Positions 40,882 through 50,715 of a stretch of 64,000 bases of DNA are shown in pieces; within the stretch, counting starts at the first letter, position 1, and each line of letters begins with the position of its first letter. The stretch is from an uncultured Gammaproteobacteria bacterium (GTDB lineage: Bacteria; Patescibacteriota; Microgenomatia; Daviesbacterales; UBA10151), in NCBI GenBank assembly GCA_964547465.1, contig CAZJNI010000003.1, positions 21,334-85,333 of the forward strand. The letters are read 5' to 3'. The position numbers were made by a program, and so were the translations under genes. The notes under the pieces are model-generated. The model ran no database searches and was not told the DNA's origin. It saw only the letters and a list, made by a program, of their open reading frames with translations.

Positions 40882-41787
40882 GTGGAAACAGCTCTTTTCG
40901 GTTTTTTACTGGGAACTGTTCTGGGAAGCTTTGTTAAAGCATTGGCTGATCGAAGCTTAAGTTACAGGTCTTTTTGGGGAAGGTCGTATTGTTTGCAATG
41001 CAAAAAAACTCTGCAATGGTACGACCTTTTTCCTGTTGTTTCTTATTTAATTCTTAGAGGTAGATGTAGATACTGTCATAAAAAAATCTCTTTGGAATAC
41101 CCAATAGTTGAGGTAATTTTGGGCATTCTGATTGGTTTTCTGTTTTGGCAAAGCCCCTTTAATTTTTCCGCCATAGGCGGATCAACCTATGGTTGGCAAT
41201 TTTCAATTTTTGCCTTCGGATTTTTGCTAAAAATATTTTTTATTGTTATCTTGGCTAGCCTGTTTTTAACAGATCTTAAGAAAATGTTTATTCCGGATAG
41301 AATTATAATTCCTTCTATTATATTAGGGATTATTGCTAATATTGCTTTTACTATAGTAAAAGTAGGTTACTTATATTTTACTCTTAACCAGACTGTTTTG
41401 GGTAAGTATTTGCTCCCCCCGTATAGTGATTATTTTAGAAGACATACAGTTTTGATTATTGAACCATTTTTGTATTCGGTGGTAACAGCAATGCTAATAG
41501 CTGGATTTTTTATGGGACTGATTATTATTACAAAGGGTAAGGGTATGGGAGGCGGGGATGTTAAACTGGGGGCTTTTATGGGACTGATGTTAGGTTTTCC
41601 TCAAGCCCTTTTGGCACTAGTCTTATCTTTTTTAACAGGGGCTATATTTTCCATAATACTTATTATTTTTGGTAAGAAGAGATTTGGCCAAACAATTGCC
41701 TTTGGCCCATTTTTAGTTTTGGGAAGCTTAATAGCCCTATTTTGGGGAGGGCAAATTATGCAGTGGTATTTAAAAATAGGTACTTGA
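40882..41787 (+). CDS. pilD: prepilin peptidase PilD (A24 family)
   Basis: N-terminal zinc-binding CLQC...CRYC and polytopic TM core. 301 aa. Confidence 0.8.
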   Translation: METALFGFLLGTVLGSFVKALADRSLSYRSFWGRSYCLQCKKTLQWYDLFPVVSYLILRGRCRYCHKKISLEYPIVEVILGILIGFLFWQSPFNFSAIGGSTYGWQFSIFAFGFLLKIFFIVILASLFLTDLKKMFIPDRIIIPSIILGIIANIAFTIVKVGYLYFTLNQTVLGKYLLPPYSDYFRRHTVLIIEPFLYSVVTAMLIAGFFMGLIIITKGKGMGGGDVKLGAFMGLMLGFPQALLALVLSFLTGAIFSIILIIFGKKRFGQTIAFGPFLVLGSLIALFWGGQIMQWYLKIGT

Positions 41788-41822
41788 CACCTAAATTTGT
41801 TTATGGTCATACTAAATTATTA

Positions 41823-42353
41823 ATGAAATTTAATCTGCCCATGTTTTTTAAAAATCCTCGTGGTCTCGCCTCGCTTCGCGGTCGAAGCGGTTTCACCCTC
41901 ATTGAGCTTCTGGTAGTTATTGCCATCATTGGTATTATTTCTGTTATTGCAATTGCACTTTTCTCAAATGTTCAAGCTGATGCCAGAGATGGTAAAAGAA
42001 AAGCGGAGTTGGAATCAATATCTAATGTTCTGGAAGTAAATAAAACTTCAACAGGATATCAACTGGCAACGGCAGCCTTGTTTGGTGGAGGTGTATTCCC
42101 TGGAGGTAGTACAACACTATCAACAGACCCTCAAGGTTATCCGTATTGTATTAATACTACCGCAAGTGTGGCAAATTCTGGTGTGGATGCTACCTGGATA
42201 AATGGTGCAACTCCGAGTTGCTCTACAGCTGCTCCGGCTTATTCTAAAATAGATGGTACAACTCCAGCTGCAAATAGTGCCCAATACAAAATCTGTACCC
42301 GTCTGGAAAACAGAGGTACACCTCAAGTTTTCTGCAGGACCAATACCCAGTAA
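41823..42353 (+). CDS. pilin-like protein with long leader
   Basis: MKFNLPMFFKNPRGLASLRGRSG then FTLIELLVVIAIIGII. The upstream track start at 41742 overlaps pilD and was rejected. Confidence 0.6.
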   Translation: MKFNLPMFFKNPRGLASLRGRSGFTLIELLVVIAIIGIISVIAIALFSNVQADARDGKRKAELESISNVLEVNKTSTGYQLATAALFGGGVFPGGSTTLSTDPQGYPYCINTTASVANSGVDATWINGATPSCSTAAPAYSKIDGTTPAANSAQYKICTRLENRGTPQVFCRTNTQ

Positions 42354-42373
42354 TTTATTTTAACCTCTTTAAT

Positions 42374-42901
42374 ATGCTGCCCAAGTCGTCTATAAATAAG
42401 TTTGGTTTCACCCTGATTGAACTTCTGATTGCAATTTCTATTATTGCTGTTTTATCAGTAATTGGTTTAAGTGCCTACTCCGGTGTCCAACAATCTGCCC
42501 GGGATGCCAGACGAAAAGATGACCTGCGCTCAATTAAAGTGGCGCTAGAGCTTTACTATCAACGTAATAAAAGCTATCCAATGACCGATTGGGTTTTTTC
42601 AAATGCCGCTCAACCCTGGATTCCCCTTTTAACATCAGATTATATTTCCAAAATTCCCACTGATATTCTGAATAAAGATCAGGATCCCAGGATAACCGGA
42701 CAATATGGTTATGCTTATTTTGGAAACAACAATGTGTGTGGAACAGATCAACCCGGACAATTTTATGCTTTGGTTACCCAGCTTGAAAATACAACTGATA
42801 ATCAAAGAAACGATTTACAAAACTATAAATGGTGTGATGGTAGCATTACCCCTAAAACTTCCTGGTCAAAGTATAGTTTTGCCATTATCAGTGACAACTA
42901 G
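42374..42901 (+). CDS. pilin/pseudopilin
   Basis: Leader MLPKSSINKFG then FTLIELLIAISIIAVL. Confidence 0.6.
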   Translation: MLPKSSINKFGFTLIELLIAISIIAVLSVIGLSAYSGVQQSARDARRKDDLRSIKVALELYYQRNKSYPMTDWVFSNAAQPWIPLLTSDYISKIPTDILNKDQDPRITGQYGYAYFGNNNVCGTDQPGQFYALVTQLENTTDNQRNDLQNYKWCDGSITPKTSWSKYSFAIISDN

Positions 42902-42945
42902 ATTTTAATTGACATTTTATTCCAATATAAGCTAATCTTAAATAT

Positions 42946-43461
42946 ATGAGATCTGCCCGCCCTAAGCAAAGTCGAAGTGGCTTCACACTGATTGAGTTAT
43001 TAGTTGTTATTACCATTATAGGTATTTTATCAACCATAGGTCTAACGCTATATTCCGGGGTTAAGGCCAGGGCCAGGGATGCCCAAAGATTGGACGATGC
43101 CAGAAAAATAGTTATCGCGCTGGAACAATTCAAAAGCGGATCAAACAGATATCCTTATCTAAATAGTTTAGGGACTGCTGTCTGTCAATCCACTACCTGG
43201 TGTGATAGTATACAGACACAACCATGGATTCCAGAGATTGATCGAACCTCTTTTATAGACAGTAAAATCCCCCTGGATCCTATAAATACAACAACCGGAT
43301 CACTAGTTTACAAATATACTACTAATGCATCAGGCAGTGACTATTGTTTGGAGATTCCACAAGAACAAAATGCCAGTAGTCATCCCTACTTTAAAACCGG
43401 TACCACCTGGAAGCTAAGATTTGGTCCCCAGGGAGCCAATACAGGATTATGTAATACATGA
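42946..43461 (+). CDS. pilin/pseudopilin
   Basis: Leader MRSARPKQSRSG then FTLIELLVVITIIGIL. Confidence 0.6.
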   Translation: MRSARPKQSRSGFTLIELLVVITIIGILSTIGLTLYSGVKARARDAQRLDDARKIVIALEQFKSGSNRYPYLNSLGTAVCQSTTWCDSIQTQPWIPEIDRTSFIDSKIPLDPINTTTGSLVYKYTTNASGSDYCLEIPQEQNASSHPYFKTGTTWKLRFGPQGANTGLCNT

Positions 43462-43922
43462 GAATTTCCCGTGGCTTCACATTAATTGAATTACTGATTG
43501 CCATAAGTATTATTGCCATACTTTCGGTGATTGGTTTAAACCTTTACCAATCAGTTTATAAGAGCGCCAGGGACACCAAAAGAAGATCAGATGTAAAATT
43601 TATCCAAAGCGCGCTGGAGCAATATCACGGGGATCAGAAGTATTACCCCTATACTGTTACATCCGGTAGCGAACTGTCTTTTACTAATTCTTCAGGCAGG
43701 AAATTTGTTTATATGAATAAAGTCCCACAAGACCCTGGTGCCACAGTATACCTTTATCAGGCTTTGGGGGCAGGTTGCATTAGTGATGCAACGGCTGCCA
43801 GTTGCACAAGTTATTGTTTGTATGTACAGCTGGAGAATGCTACAGGTATAACTTCGGATTCAGGCTGCAGCCCTCCCCCAAGCGGTTATAGTGGCTATAA
43901 CTATGGTGTGACTAGACCATAA
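43458..43922 (+). CDS. pilin/pseudopilin
   Basis: Leader MRISRG then FTLIELLIAISIIAIL. Confidence 0.6.
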   Translation: MRISRGFTLIELLIAISIIAILSVIGLNLYQSVYKSARDTKRRSDVKFIQSALEQYHGDQKYYPYTVTSGSELSFTNSSGRKFVYMNKVPQDPGATVYLYQALGAGCISDATAASCTSYCLYVQLENATGITSDSGCSPPPSGYSGYNYGVTRP

Positions 43923-43950
43923 GATGCAAGATGTGTTACGTTAAATAAGT

Positions 43951-44463
43951 ATGCGACCTGCCGGCTTCACATTAATTGAACTTCTGGTAGTTATTTCTAT
44001 AATTGCCCTGTTGAGTATAGTTGCATTTATCAACCTTAAGGGTTTCTCCCAAGATCAGGTATTAAACAAAGCTACATCAGATATTCAATCCCTTTTAAGA
44101 CTGGCACAAGCCAATGCAACTGCCGGAGTTTTGTGCAATAATAAAGGCGGGGCTAACTGGACACTGGATTTTCAGGTAAATAAAGTAGATATTAAGCTAA
44201 ACTGCGGTGAGGGTAATTTCCCTGTTAAAACTTTAACTTTAGAAAATGCTCAAATAGAGTCTATTAAAGGTGCCTCTTGTGGCACAACTTCACTCTTACC
44301 TTTAACAGTTACATATTCCAAGATTTCAGGAGATGTAAAATTTAATTCAAGCGATTCTTGTATTGGGACAAGTCCAAATATTTTGATTAATTTGAAAAAT
44401 TTAAAGACAACTAATATAAGGCCGTTTACAATTTCCAGAGGAGGGGCAATTGATACACAGTAG
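43951..44463 (+). CDS. pilin/pseudopilin
   Basis: Leader MRPAG then FTLIELLVVISIIALL. Confidence 0.6.
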   Translation: MRPAGFTLIELLVVISIIALLSIVAFINLKGFSQDQVLNKATSDIQSLLRLAQANATAGVLCNNKGGANWTLDFQVNKVDIKLNCGEGNFPVKTLTLENAQIESIKGASCGTTSLLPLTVTYSKISGDVKFNSSDSCIGTSPNILINLKNLKTTNIRPFTISRGGAIDTQ

Positions 44464-45040
44464 AAGGTCATCAGTCATCAGTCATCAGTCGTCAGTCAAA
44501 GGACAAACTTTACTGGAGTTGGTGGTGGTTATTGCGGTGATTGTAGTTGTCATAAGCGCCCTGACGTTTGCTACGATTTCCTCTTTACGAAATGCCCAGT
44601 TTTCCAAAAATCAGGCTCAAGCTACCAAATTAGCCCAGGAAGGGCTGGAGCTTATGAGAACAGGCAGGGATAGGAATCAGTGCATAAATAATCTTCCTCC
44701 CAGTGCTAATGTAGCTTCCTGGAATGGAGGGAGTGCTATTTGTTCAGGGGGTTCTATTTGGGGTTATTTAGTGAGTAGCGGTTGTACCCAGCCATTAAAT
44801 TGTTTTTTTAACATAAATAGTCAAGGGGTACTAAATTTTAATACATCTTACTCTCCTGTATCTACTCAGCCTATTCTTCCCCCTAATTCTGAATCAATAC
44901 CCCCATTTACCAGGGCTGTAATTATTACTGATGATTCTACAACCTATCAAATCCAAAAAATAGTTACTGTGATCGTTACCTGGATAGATGTATCCGGCCC
45001 ACATGAATCCAGATTAACAACAATATTAAGGAGAATTTGA
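44450..45040 (+). CDS. pseudopilin with variant motif (G-QTLLE); start uncertain (TTG in track)
   Basis: ...SSVISHQSSVKG then QTLLELVVVIAVIVVV. The leader is encoded by the (GTCATCA)n heptamer array. Confidence 0.5.
   Translation: MIHSRRSSVISHQSSVKGQTLLELVVVIAVIVVVISALTFATISSLRNAQFSKNQAQATKLAQEGLELMRTGRDRNQCINNLPPSANVASWNGGSAICSGGSIWGYLVSSGCTQPLNCFFNINSQGVLNFNTSYSPVSTQPILPPNSESIPPFTRAVIITDDSTTYQIQKIVTVIVTWIDVSGPHESRLTTILRRI
44467..44498 (+). repeat. (GTCATCA)x4.5 heptanucleotide tandem repeat in the prepilin leader coding region
   Basis: gtcatcagtcatcagtcatcagtcgtcagtca read directly. Confidence 0.85.
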
Positions 45041-45660
45041 TGAAAAACGGCTTCACCCTGGTTGAAATGCTGGTTGTGATTGGAGTTTTATCTATTGTGG
45101 GAATTTTAGTTTTGATTATTTTTATCAATACCTTAAGAGGAAGCAATAAATCACAAATTATAGTTTCTATCAAGCAAAACGGACAATCAGTTTTGGAAAG
45201 TATGTCTAGTAATATCAGGAATTCAGACAATATAATCTGTCCTGCAATAACTGCTCCAAGCACTACTGCCTCATCCAGTAATCTGGTAATCGGGAGTAGT
45301 AAAGGACTATATATAAGATACAGGTTTATATCCCCCGGTACCAACAGTAACGGAATGATCCAGCAGGATAATCCAGCCAAAGAATTAGATTCTACAACTG
45401 GCGAAGAGGAGACAGATGCTGTTTTCATTAACCGGGTGTGCACTGTAGATAATCCGATGATGAATGCTGTTGTTTTAACAGATACAAATTCTCAAAGTGG
45501 AGTTTCGCTTATAAGCGGTAATTTCACAAGAGACCGGTCAGCCGGGTTTAAGGATAATGTAGTCATTGACTTTATACTTTCCCATGCTGTTAATGCGCCA
45601 GTTTCTGTGGCAGGGCAAATTGATCCTGTAACTTTTAAGACAACTGTGCAACTAAGGTGA
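45037..45660 (+). CDS. pseudopilin
   Basis: MMKNG then FTLVEMLVVIGVLSIVGIL. Confidence 0.6.
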   Translation: MMKNGFTLVEMLVVIGVLSIVGILVLIIFINTLRGSNKSQIIVSIKQNGQSVLESMSSNIRNSDNIICPAITAPSTTASSSNLVIGSSKGLYIRYRFISPGTNSNGMIQQDNPAKELDSTTGEEETDAVFINRVCTVDNPMMNAVVLTDTNSQSGVSLISGNFTRDRSAGFKDNVVIDFILSHAVNAPVSVAGQIDPVTFKTTVQLR

Positions 45661-46610
45661 CGCCTTGCGTCAAATGTGCTAGTCTTAAAGATATGTACAG
45701 AATTCAAAATGAAAAAGGTCAATTAATCTTAACTTTAGTTCTTATTATGACAGTGGCTTTGGCAATAGGTTTATCCATTGTCCAAAAAAGTCTGGTTGAT
45801 GTATCAACCTCCACCAAAGTGGAGCAATCTTCCCGGGCTTTTTCAGCGGCAGAGGCAGGAATTGAGAAGGCTTTAAAACTTAATGATTGTGGAGCAGATG
45901 GAGTAAATTGCAGGGTAGATTTTACCAATATAAATAATTCTTCTGCCATAATTAACGATTCTACCCGGATACCATATATTCCTGCACCAAATGAACGGCA
46001 AGCCCCTTTTGAATATCCACCTATACCTAAAGAAGAGGTGGCCCAAGTTTGGCTGGCAGATTTGGATTCTACTACTCCTTCTTCTCCACCAGATTGCGGT
46101 CCAAATATTCAATGCTACTATAAACAAAATAGCTTAGATGTGTATTGGGGAGATGCAACCTCAACAGAAAAAAGTGCTTTAGAAATAACTTTGAACTATT
46201 ATGATACGACTCAATCCATGTATCTGCCTAGAAAATGGTATCTTGATAATAGTAGTGCAAATCGCAGTGTCCCTAATTTTATACCTGTTACTTGTGGAAG
46301 CATCCCTTCTCCGATGCAAGGCTACCAGTGCAAATATACCTTAAGTTCACTACCTTCTGGTTTAATATTACTTAGAGCCAGGCTTTTATATAATACAACT
46401 TCTCAACCTCTTGCTTTCCAGGCTGTTGGGTTACGTGGAGGAGTTGGATGTGATCCTTCCGGATGTTGGTTGCCGCCACAAGCCAGAAATATTATCTCCA
46501 CCGGTGCATCAGGAGAAACTCAAAGAAGAATTAAACTTTTCCAGATAAGTAAGGTAGTACCCCCTTATTTTGATTACGCCATCTTCTCTGCAGGGAAAAT
46601 AGAAAAGTGA
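45657..46610 (+). CDS. PilX-N-type minor pilin-like protein
   Basis: Hydrophobic N-terminus followed by SRAFSAAEAGIEKAL, resembling the PilX N-terminal domain consensus (AFQAAEAAL). Confidence 0.5.
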   Translation: MTPCVKCASLKDMYRIQNEKGQLILTLVLIMTVALAIGLSIVQKSLVDVSTSTKVEQSSRAFSAAEAGIEKALKLNDCGADGVNCRVDFTNINNSSAIINDSTRIPYIPAPNERQAPFEYPPIPKEEVAQVWLADLDSTTPSSPPDCGPNIQCYYKQNSLDVYWGDATSTEKSALEITLNYYDTTQSMYLPRKWYLDNSSANRSVPNFIPVTCGSIPSPMQGYQCKYTLSSLPSGLILLRARLLYNTTSQPLAFQAVGLRGGVGCDPSGCWLPPQARNIISTGASGETQRRIKLFQISKVVPPYFDYAIFSAGKIEK

Positions 46611-46614
46611 GGCA

Positions 46615-47064
46615 ATGACTAATCAAGGCGGTGTTTCTCTAGTACGAAGTGCCAAACTGAATACTCGAGGAGTCAGTTTAGTTGAATCCATTTTGGTAGT
46701 AGTTATGTTGGGTATAATAATACTACTCATGGCAAATTTACCAAATGCCATGGGCCTTATTAATAAAAGTAAACATTTAAGTTTGGCAAGGGAAATTGCC
46801 AGTAAGCAAATAGAGGAGAAAAGAGAGACCCCTTATGCAAATCTAGTCAGTGATCCGGATAACCCTTCTGCTATCCTGGATTCAAGATTTAGTTTACTGC
46901 CTAATGGATCCGGCAGCGTAAAAATTGAAGATTGCAGTAGCCAAATTTGTACCAATTTGGAGCCTGTTAAACAAATTACGGTTACAGTTTCCTGGAAAGA
47001 AATGTCAAAAGATCAAATAGTTACTCTTAAAACATTTATTGCAGAAGGAGGATTAAACCAATAA
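46615..47064 (+). CDS. pseudopilin
   Basis: Leader ...RG then VSLVESILVVVMLGII. The leader carries a partial duplicate GGVSLVRS. Confidence 0.55.
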   Translation: MTNQGGVSLVRSAKLNTRGVSLVESILVVVMLGIIILLMANLPNAMGLINKSKHLSLAREIASKQIEEKRETPYANLVSDPDNPSAILDSRFSLLPNGSGSVKIEDCSSQICTNLEPVKQITVTVSWKEMSKDQIVTLKTFIAEGGLNQ

Positions 47065-47096
47065 AATTTCAAATTTCAAATTTCAAATTTCAAATT
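47064..47096. repeat. (AAATTTC)x4.5 heptanucleotide tandem repeat immediately upstream of a pseudopilin gene
   Basis: aaatttcaaatttcaaatttcaaatttcaaatt read directly. Ends 12 nt before the TTG start at 47109. Confidence 0.85.
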
Positions 47097-47108
47097 AATC
47101 AAACTGGT

Positions 47109-47672
47109 TTGACGCTGCTTGAAGTAGTTATTGCATCAGGGATTGCAACACTGGTGGGAGCATTACTTTTAATAATTATTTTTAATAGTGCCGGTCTTTT
47201 TTATAAGGAATCTTCAAAAGTAGGGCAAGGTTTAGGGGTTAACGATTCCCTGTCTGCGATAAGAAGTGGTATTAAAGAATCTAGCGCTATTGTACTCTCA
47301 TATCCCGTAGGTTCTTCCCCTACTTATACCACTGGTTCAACGCAGCTGATTTTATCTGTTTCCTCAATTGATAGTAATAATAATCTTATTTCCGGTGTGT
47401 TTGATTATTATGTCTTTTTCCTTGATGGAGATAAACTTAAATTTAAATCCTTTCCAAATGTTGATTCAAGCAGCAGAAAAGAGGCAAATCAAATATTATC
47501 CTTAAATGTAGATAGTCTACTTTTTCAATATTTCAATTCTCAAATTCCTCCCCAGGAGGTCAGTCCCTCCCTAGCCAGTAAAATTAGAATCACACTAAAA
47601 CTTAAACAAAAAAGTGGAGCAGGTTATGAACAAAGCATTGCCACATCGGAGGCTAATTTAAGGAATGACTAA
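47109..47672 (+). CDS. pseudopilin-like protein (TTG start in track; true start uncertain)
   Basis: G-LTLLEVVIASGIATLVGALLL prepilin-like N-terminus. No in-frame ATG upstream before the heptamer repeat. Confidence 0.45.
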   Translation: MTLLEVVIASGIATLVGALLLIIIFNSAGLFYKESSKVGQGLGVNDSLSAIRSGIKESSAIVLSYPVGSSPTYTTGSTQLILSVSSIDSNNNLISGVFDYYVFFLDGDKLKFKSFPNVDSSSRKEANQILSLNVDSLLFQYFNSQIPPQEVSPSLASKIRITLKLKQKSGAGYEQSIATSEANLRND

Positions 47673-49578
47673 TAACTTAAAACAATACACCCCTCCTTCG
47701 GAGGTTAAAACTAAAAACTTAAAACTGTTTCATGATCAAAAGGGACAGATTTTAGTGATTGTATTTGTGGCTTTGGGGGTGGTTTTGTTTTCAGTTTTAT
47801 CTATTATTGCCGGCTCCCAAATTTATTTTTCCAATACTTTTCACTCTGTAGATGCGGAAAAAGCTTTTGCATTAGCTGAAGCAGGGATAGATAAAACTTT
47901 GGCAACGCTAAACCGGACCGGCGGAAATTTTAGTGAAAATGATTTGGAAGTTAGTATGGGAGAGGGATATGGATCTTACAGCGTTAAAGTTACCTCAACA
48001 GATGTGGCAACTAAAATGATTGAATCAACCGGATATGTTCCAAACAAAGATAATGCAAAGGTCAAAAAAACAATTAAAATTAAAACCTCCAGAGGGGTAG
48101 GAGTAGCTTTTAATTATGGTATACAGGTGGGAGAAGGAGGAATGGAGCTGGGCAATGGTAATTTGATAAAGGGCTCGATATATTCTAATGGCAGTATTAC
48201 TGCCGGCAATAGTAACATAATAACTGGAGATGCTTTTATTGCAGGAGGTGCACAGGCAACTGCTGATCAGCAAACAGAATGTGAAGGTTCAAACTGCACG
48301 GACTATATTTTCGGAAAGATTGTTTTTGGTGAAAGCAGGCTGGATGTTGCACAAAGTTTCAAGCCCACCATAAACGAGGTACTAAACAGAATTTCGGTAA
48401 AAATTAAAAAAGCGGGAAATCCTACCAATGCTGTAAAAGTCAGAATTTTAAGCGATTCTTCCGGTAAACCAAATAAAAACGGGGTGTTGGCAACAGGAGA
48501 TTTAGTTAACGATTTGGTAACAGATGAATATGGATGGATAGACGTAGCTTTCAGTTCCCTACCCGCCTTAACCGCAAATACCACTTATTGGTTAATGATT
48601 TCTACAACACTTGAATCAAATGCCAATAAATACTGGGTTTGGCAAAATGTGACATTTCCCAGCTACATTTGTGAAAATCCAGACCAATGTGTGCCAAAAT
48701 GGTCTGCAGACTGGAAAACAGGAAACCCAACCTGGACCCTGGTAGCTGGAGATTTATCATTTAAAACATATATGGGAGGGGCACCAACTGTATTAATAGG
48801 CGGCAGCAACAAAATGAATGTTAATGGGAGTGCCTATGCAAATACAATTGAAAATTTGATTATCGGAGGAGATGCATACTATCAGACAATTGCAAACAGC
48901 TCTGTGGCTGGGATTTCTCACTCCGGACAAGCAGATCAACCACCCAAAGTTTTTCCAATTTCAGATGCTAATGTGACTGATTGGAAAAAACAGGCTGGTG
49001 ATTGTGATTCCTCACTTAATAATTGTCAGAATGTATTAACCGGTGATATTACTAATTGCGTAAATACCTTAGGCTCAAATAATCCCAGTAAGCCTGGTAT
49101 AAAAATTGAGGGCAGTATTAATTTTAATAGTGGATGTAGGGTAACTGTTAAAAGTCCTATTTGGATTACCGGTGATCTGACTCTAAATAGTAATAATATT
49201 TTTACTCTTGATTCATCATATAATGAGACATCAGGAGTGATTATTGTAGGAGGAAAAGTAACCATAAATACCACTAACCATTTTAATGGGACAGGAATAG
49301 GAAGCAGTTTACTGATGGTTTTGACAGAGTATGATTCCAGGACTGATGGAGTAGATGCAATAGCTGTTAATAGTAATGGAAATACCGGGGTGTATTATGC
49401 CTCAACTGGGATTATTAATCCAGGGACTGGTAATTCTTTTAAAGAGCTGACGGCCTGGAAAATAAGACTTATAAACAGCTCAGAGATTGATTATGAAACA
49501 GGTTTATCCTCTACTCTTTTTACCTCTGGTCCTGGAGGAGCATATTCCTTGGTTAAGGGAACATACCAGGTGAAGTAG
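47665..49578 (+). CDS. large pilus-associated protein with PilX-N-like N-terminus and Gly/Asn-rich beta-rich body (tip adhesin candidate)
   Basis: TM helix then AEKAFALAEAGIDKTL (PilX-N-like). 637 aa with repetitive G/N/T/S-rich segments. Confidence 0.5.
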   Translation: MTNNLKQYTPPSEVKTKNLKLFHDQKGQILVIVFVALGVVLFSVLSIIAGSQIYFSNTFHSVDAEKAFALAEAGIDKTLATLNRTGGNFSENDLEVSMGEGYGSYSVKVTSTDVATKMIESTGYVPNKDNAKVKKTIKIKTSRGVGVAFNYGIQVGEGGMELGNGNLIKGSIYSNGSITAGNSNIITGDAFIAGGAQATADQQTECEGSNCTDYIFGKIVFGESRLDVAQSFKPTINEVLNRISVKIKKAGNPTNAVKVRILSDSSGKPNKNGVLATGDLVNDLVTDEYGWIDVAFSSLPALTANTTYWLMISTTLESNANKYWVWQNVTFPSYICENPDQCVPKWSADWKTGNPTWTLVAGDLSFKTYMGGAPTVLIGGSNKMNVNGSAYANTIENLIIGGDAYYQTIANSSVAGISHSGQADQPPKVFPISDANVTDWKKQAGDCDSSLNNCQNVLTGDITNCVNTLGSNNPSKPGIKIEGSINFNSGCRVTVKSPIWITGDLTLNSNNIFTLDSSYNETSGVIIVGGKVTINTTNHFNGTGIGSSLLMVLTEYDSRTDGVDAIAVNSNGNTGVYYASTGIINPGTGNSFKELTAWKIRLINSSEIDYETGLSSTLFTSGPGGAYSLVKGTYQVK

Positions 49579-49668
49579 AATCTAGAGTCTAGAATCTAGA
49601 TGCTAGATATTATAAACTATTATTATCTAGCTTCTAGTTTCAAGAATCTAGCATCTAGTTAACTGCCT

Positions 49669-50706
49669 ATGGCTAAGATAAGTATTGGTTTAGATATTGG
49701 TTTTTCTACTATTAAAATAGTTTCCTTACTCAAAGATGGTAATCAACCTAAATTAGTTTCTTTAGGGAGTATTCCAGCACCAATTCCCGGTATGCTTTCG
49801 GATCAGGAAATAGATCTTCAGGCGGTTGCCGTAGCTATTAAAAAATTACTCGGGGCAACTAAAATTGAAGGAAGAGAAATAATTGCGGCGCTTCCGGAAT
49901 CAAAAGTGTTCACCAGAGTAATTGATGACCTCCCGTTTCTTTCTGATAACGAGCTCTCCTCTGCCATCAGATATGCTTCGGAAGAATTTATCCCCATGCC
50001 CTTGGCAGATGTAAATTTGAATTGGCAGATACTGCAGCGATCTGATTCCAAGGAGCGTAATGCTAAAACAGTGGTTTTAGTCATAGCATCCCCCAAAAAT
50101 ATAGTTTCAAAGTATGTAAACGTCTTGGCAATGACAGGACTTAAACCCAAAGCCCTGGAGACAGAAATTATTGCTGTTGCCAGATCTTTAGTTGGTAATA
50201 ATCCTTTTTCTCCGAGTACTCTGATTGTACAAATGGGAGCCACCACCACAGATTTTGCAACTGTTTCAAAAGGCTTGATTTGGCTGACACGTTCTATCTC
50301 AACAGGAGGACTGGCACTGACACGAGCCTTGGGACAGCAGTTTAACTTTGAGTTTACTCAAGCAGAGCAATATAAAAAAGTGTATGGTTTAGCGCAGGAT
50401 CAGCTTGAAGGGAAAGTTTATGAGGCACTAAAGCCGATTGTAGATATAATCATGGGTGAGTGTAAAAGGGTTATTCAGGCATTTGAAACAAAATATCCTG
50501 CATATCCAATTAAACGGGTGGTTTTATCCGGAGGTGGTGCTAAAATGCCGGGTTTGGTGATTTATCTTGCCAATACCCTAGGCTTGGAGGTTCAGGAGGC
50601 AGATCCCTGGTATCTGATTACCAAAGATAAGGCAATTGTTTCAAAGCTTTCACAAGATGCTCCGTCTTACTCTGTTGCCGTAGGACTGGCATTAAGAGAG
50701 GAGTAA
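49669..50706 (+). CDS. pilM: type IV pilus assembly protein PilM (actin-like ATPase)
   Basis: N-terminal ISIGLDIGFSTIKIV and actin-fold phosphate motifs. 345 aa. Confidence 0.8.
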   Translation: MAKISIGLDIGFSTIKIVSLLKDGNQPKLVSLGSIPAPIPGMLSDQEIDLQAVAVAIKKLLGATKIEGREIIAALPESKVFTRVIDDLPFLSDNELSSAIRYASEEFIPMPLADVNLNWQILQRSDSKERNAKTVVLVIASPKNIVSKYVNVLAMTGLKPKALETEIIAVARSLVGNNPFSPSTLIVQMGATTTDFATVSKGLIWLTRSISTGGLALTRALGQQFNFEFTQAEQYKKVYGLAQDQLEGKVYEALKPIVDIIMGECKRVIQAFETKYPAYPIKRVVLSGGGAKMPGLVIYLANTLGLEVQEADPWYLITKDKAIVSKLSQDAPSYSVAVGLALREE

Positions 50707-50715
50707 AATTTTAAA

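Noticed and set aside
41742-41822. Upstream extension of the pilin gene (track start at 41742)
   Set aside because: Overlaps the 3' end of pilD in another frame. A Met at 41823 gives a sensible prepilin leader.
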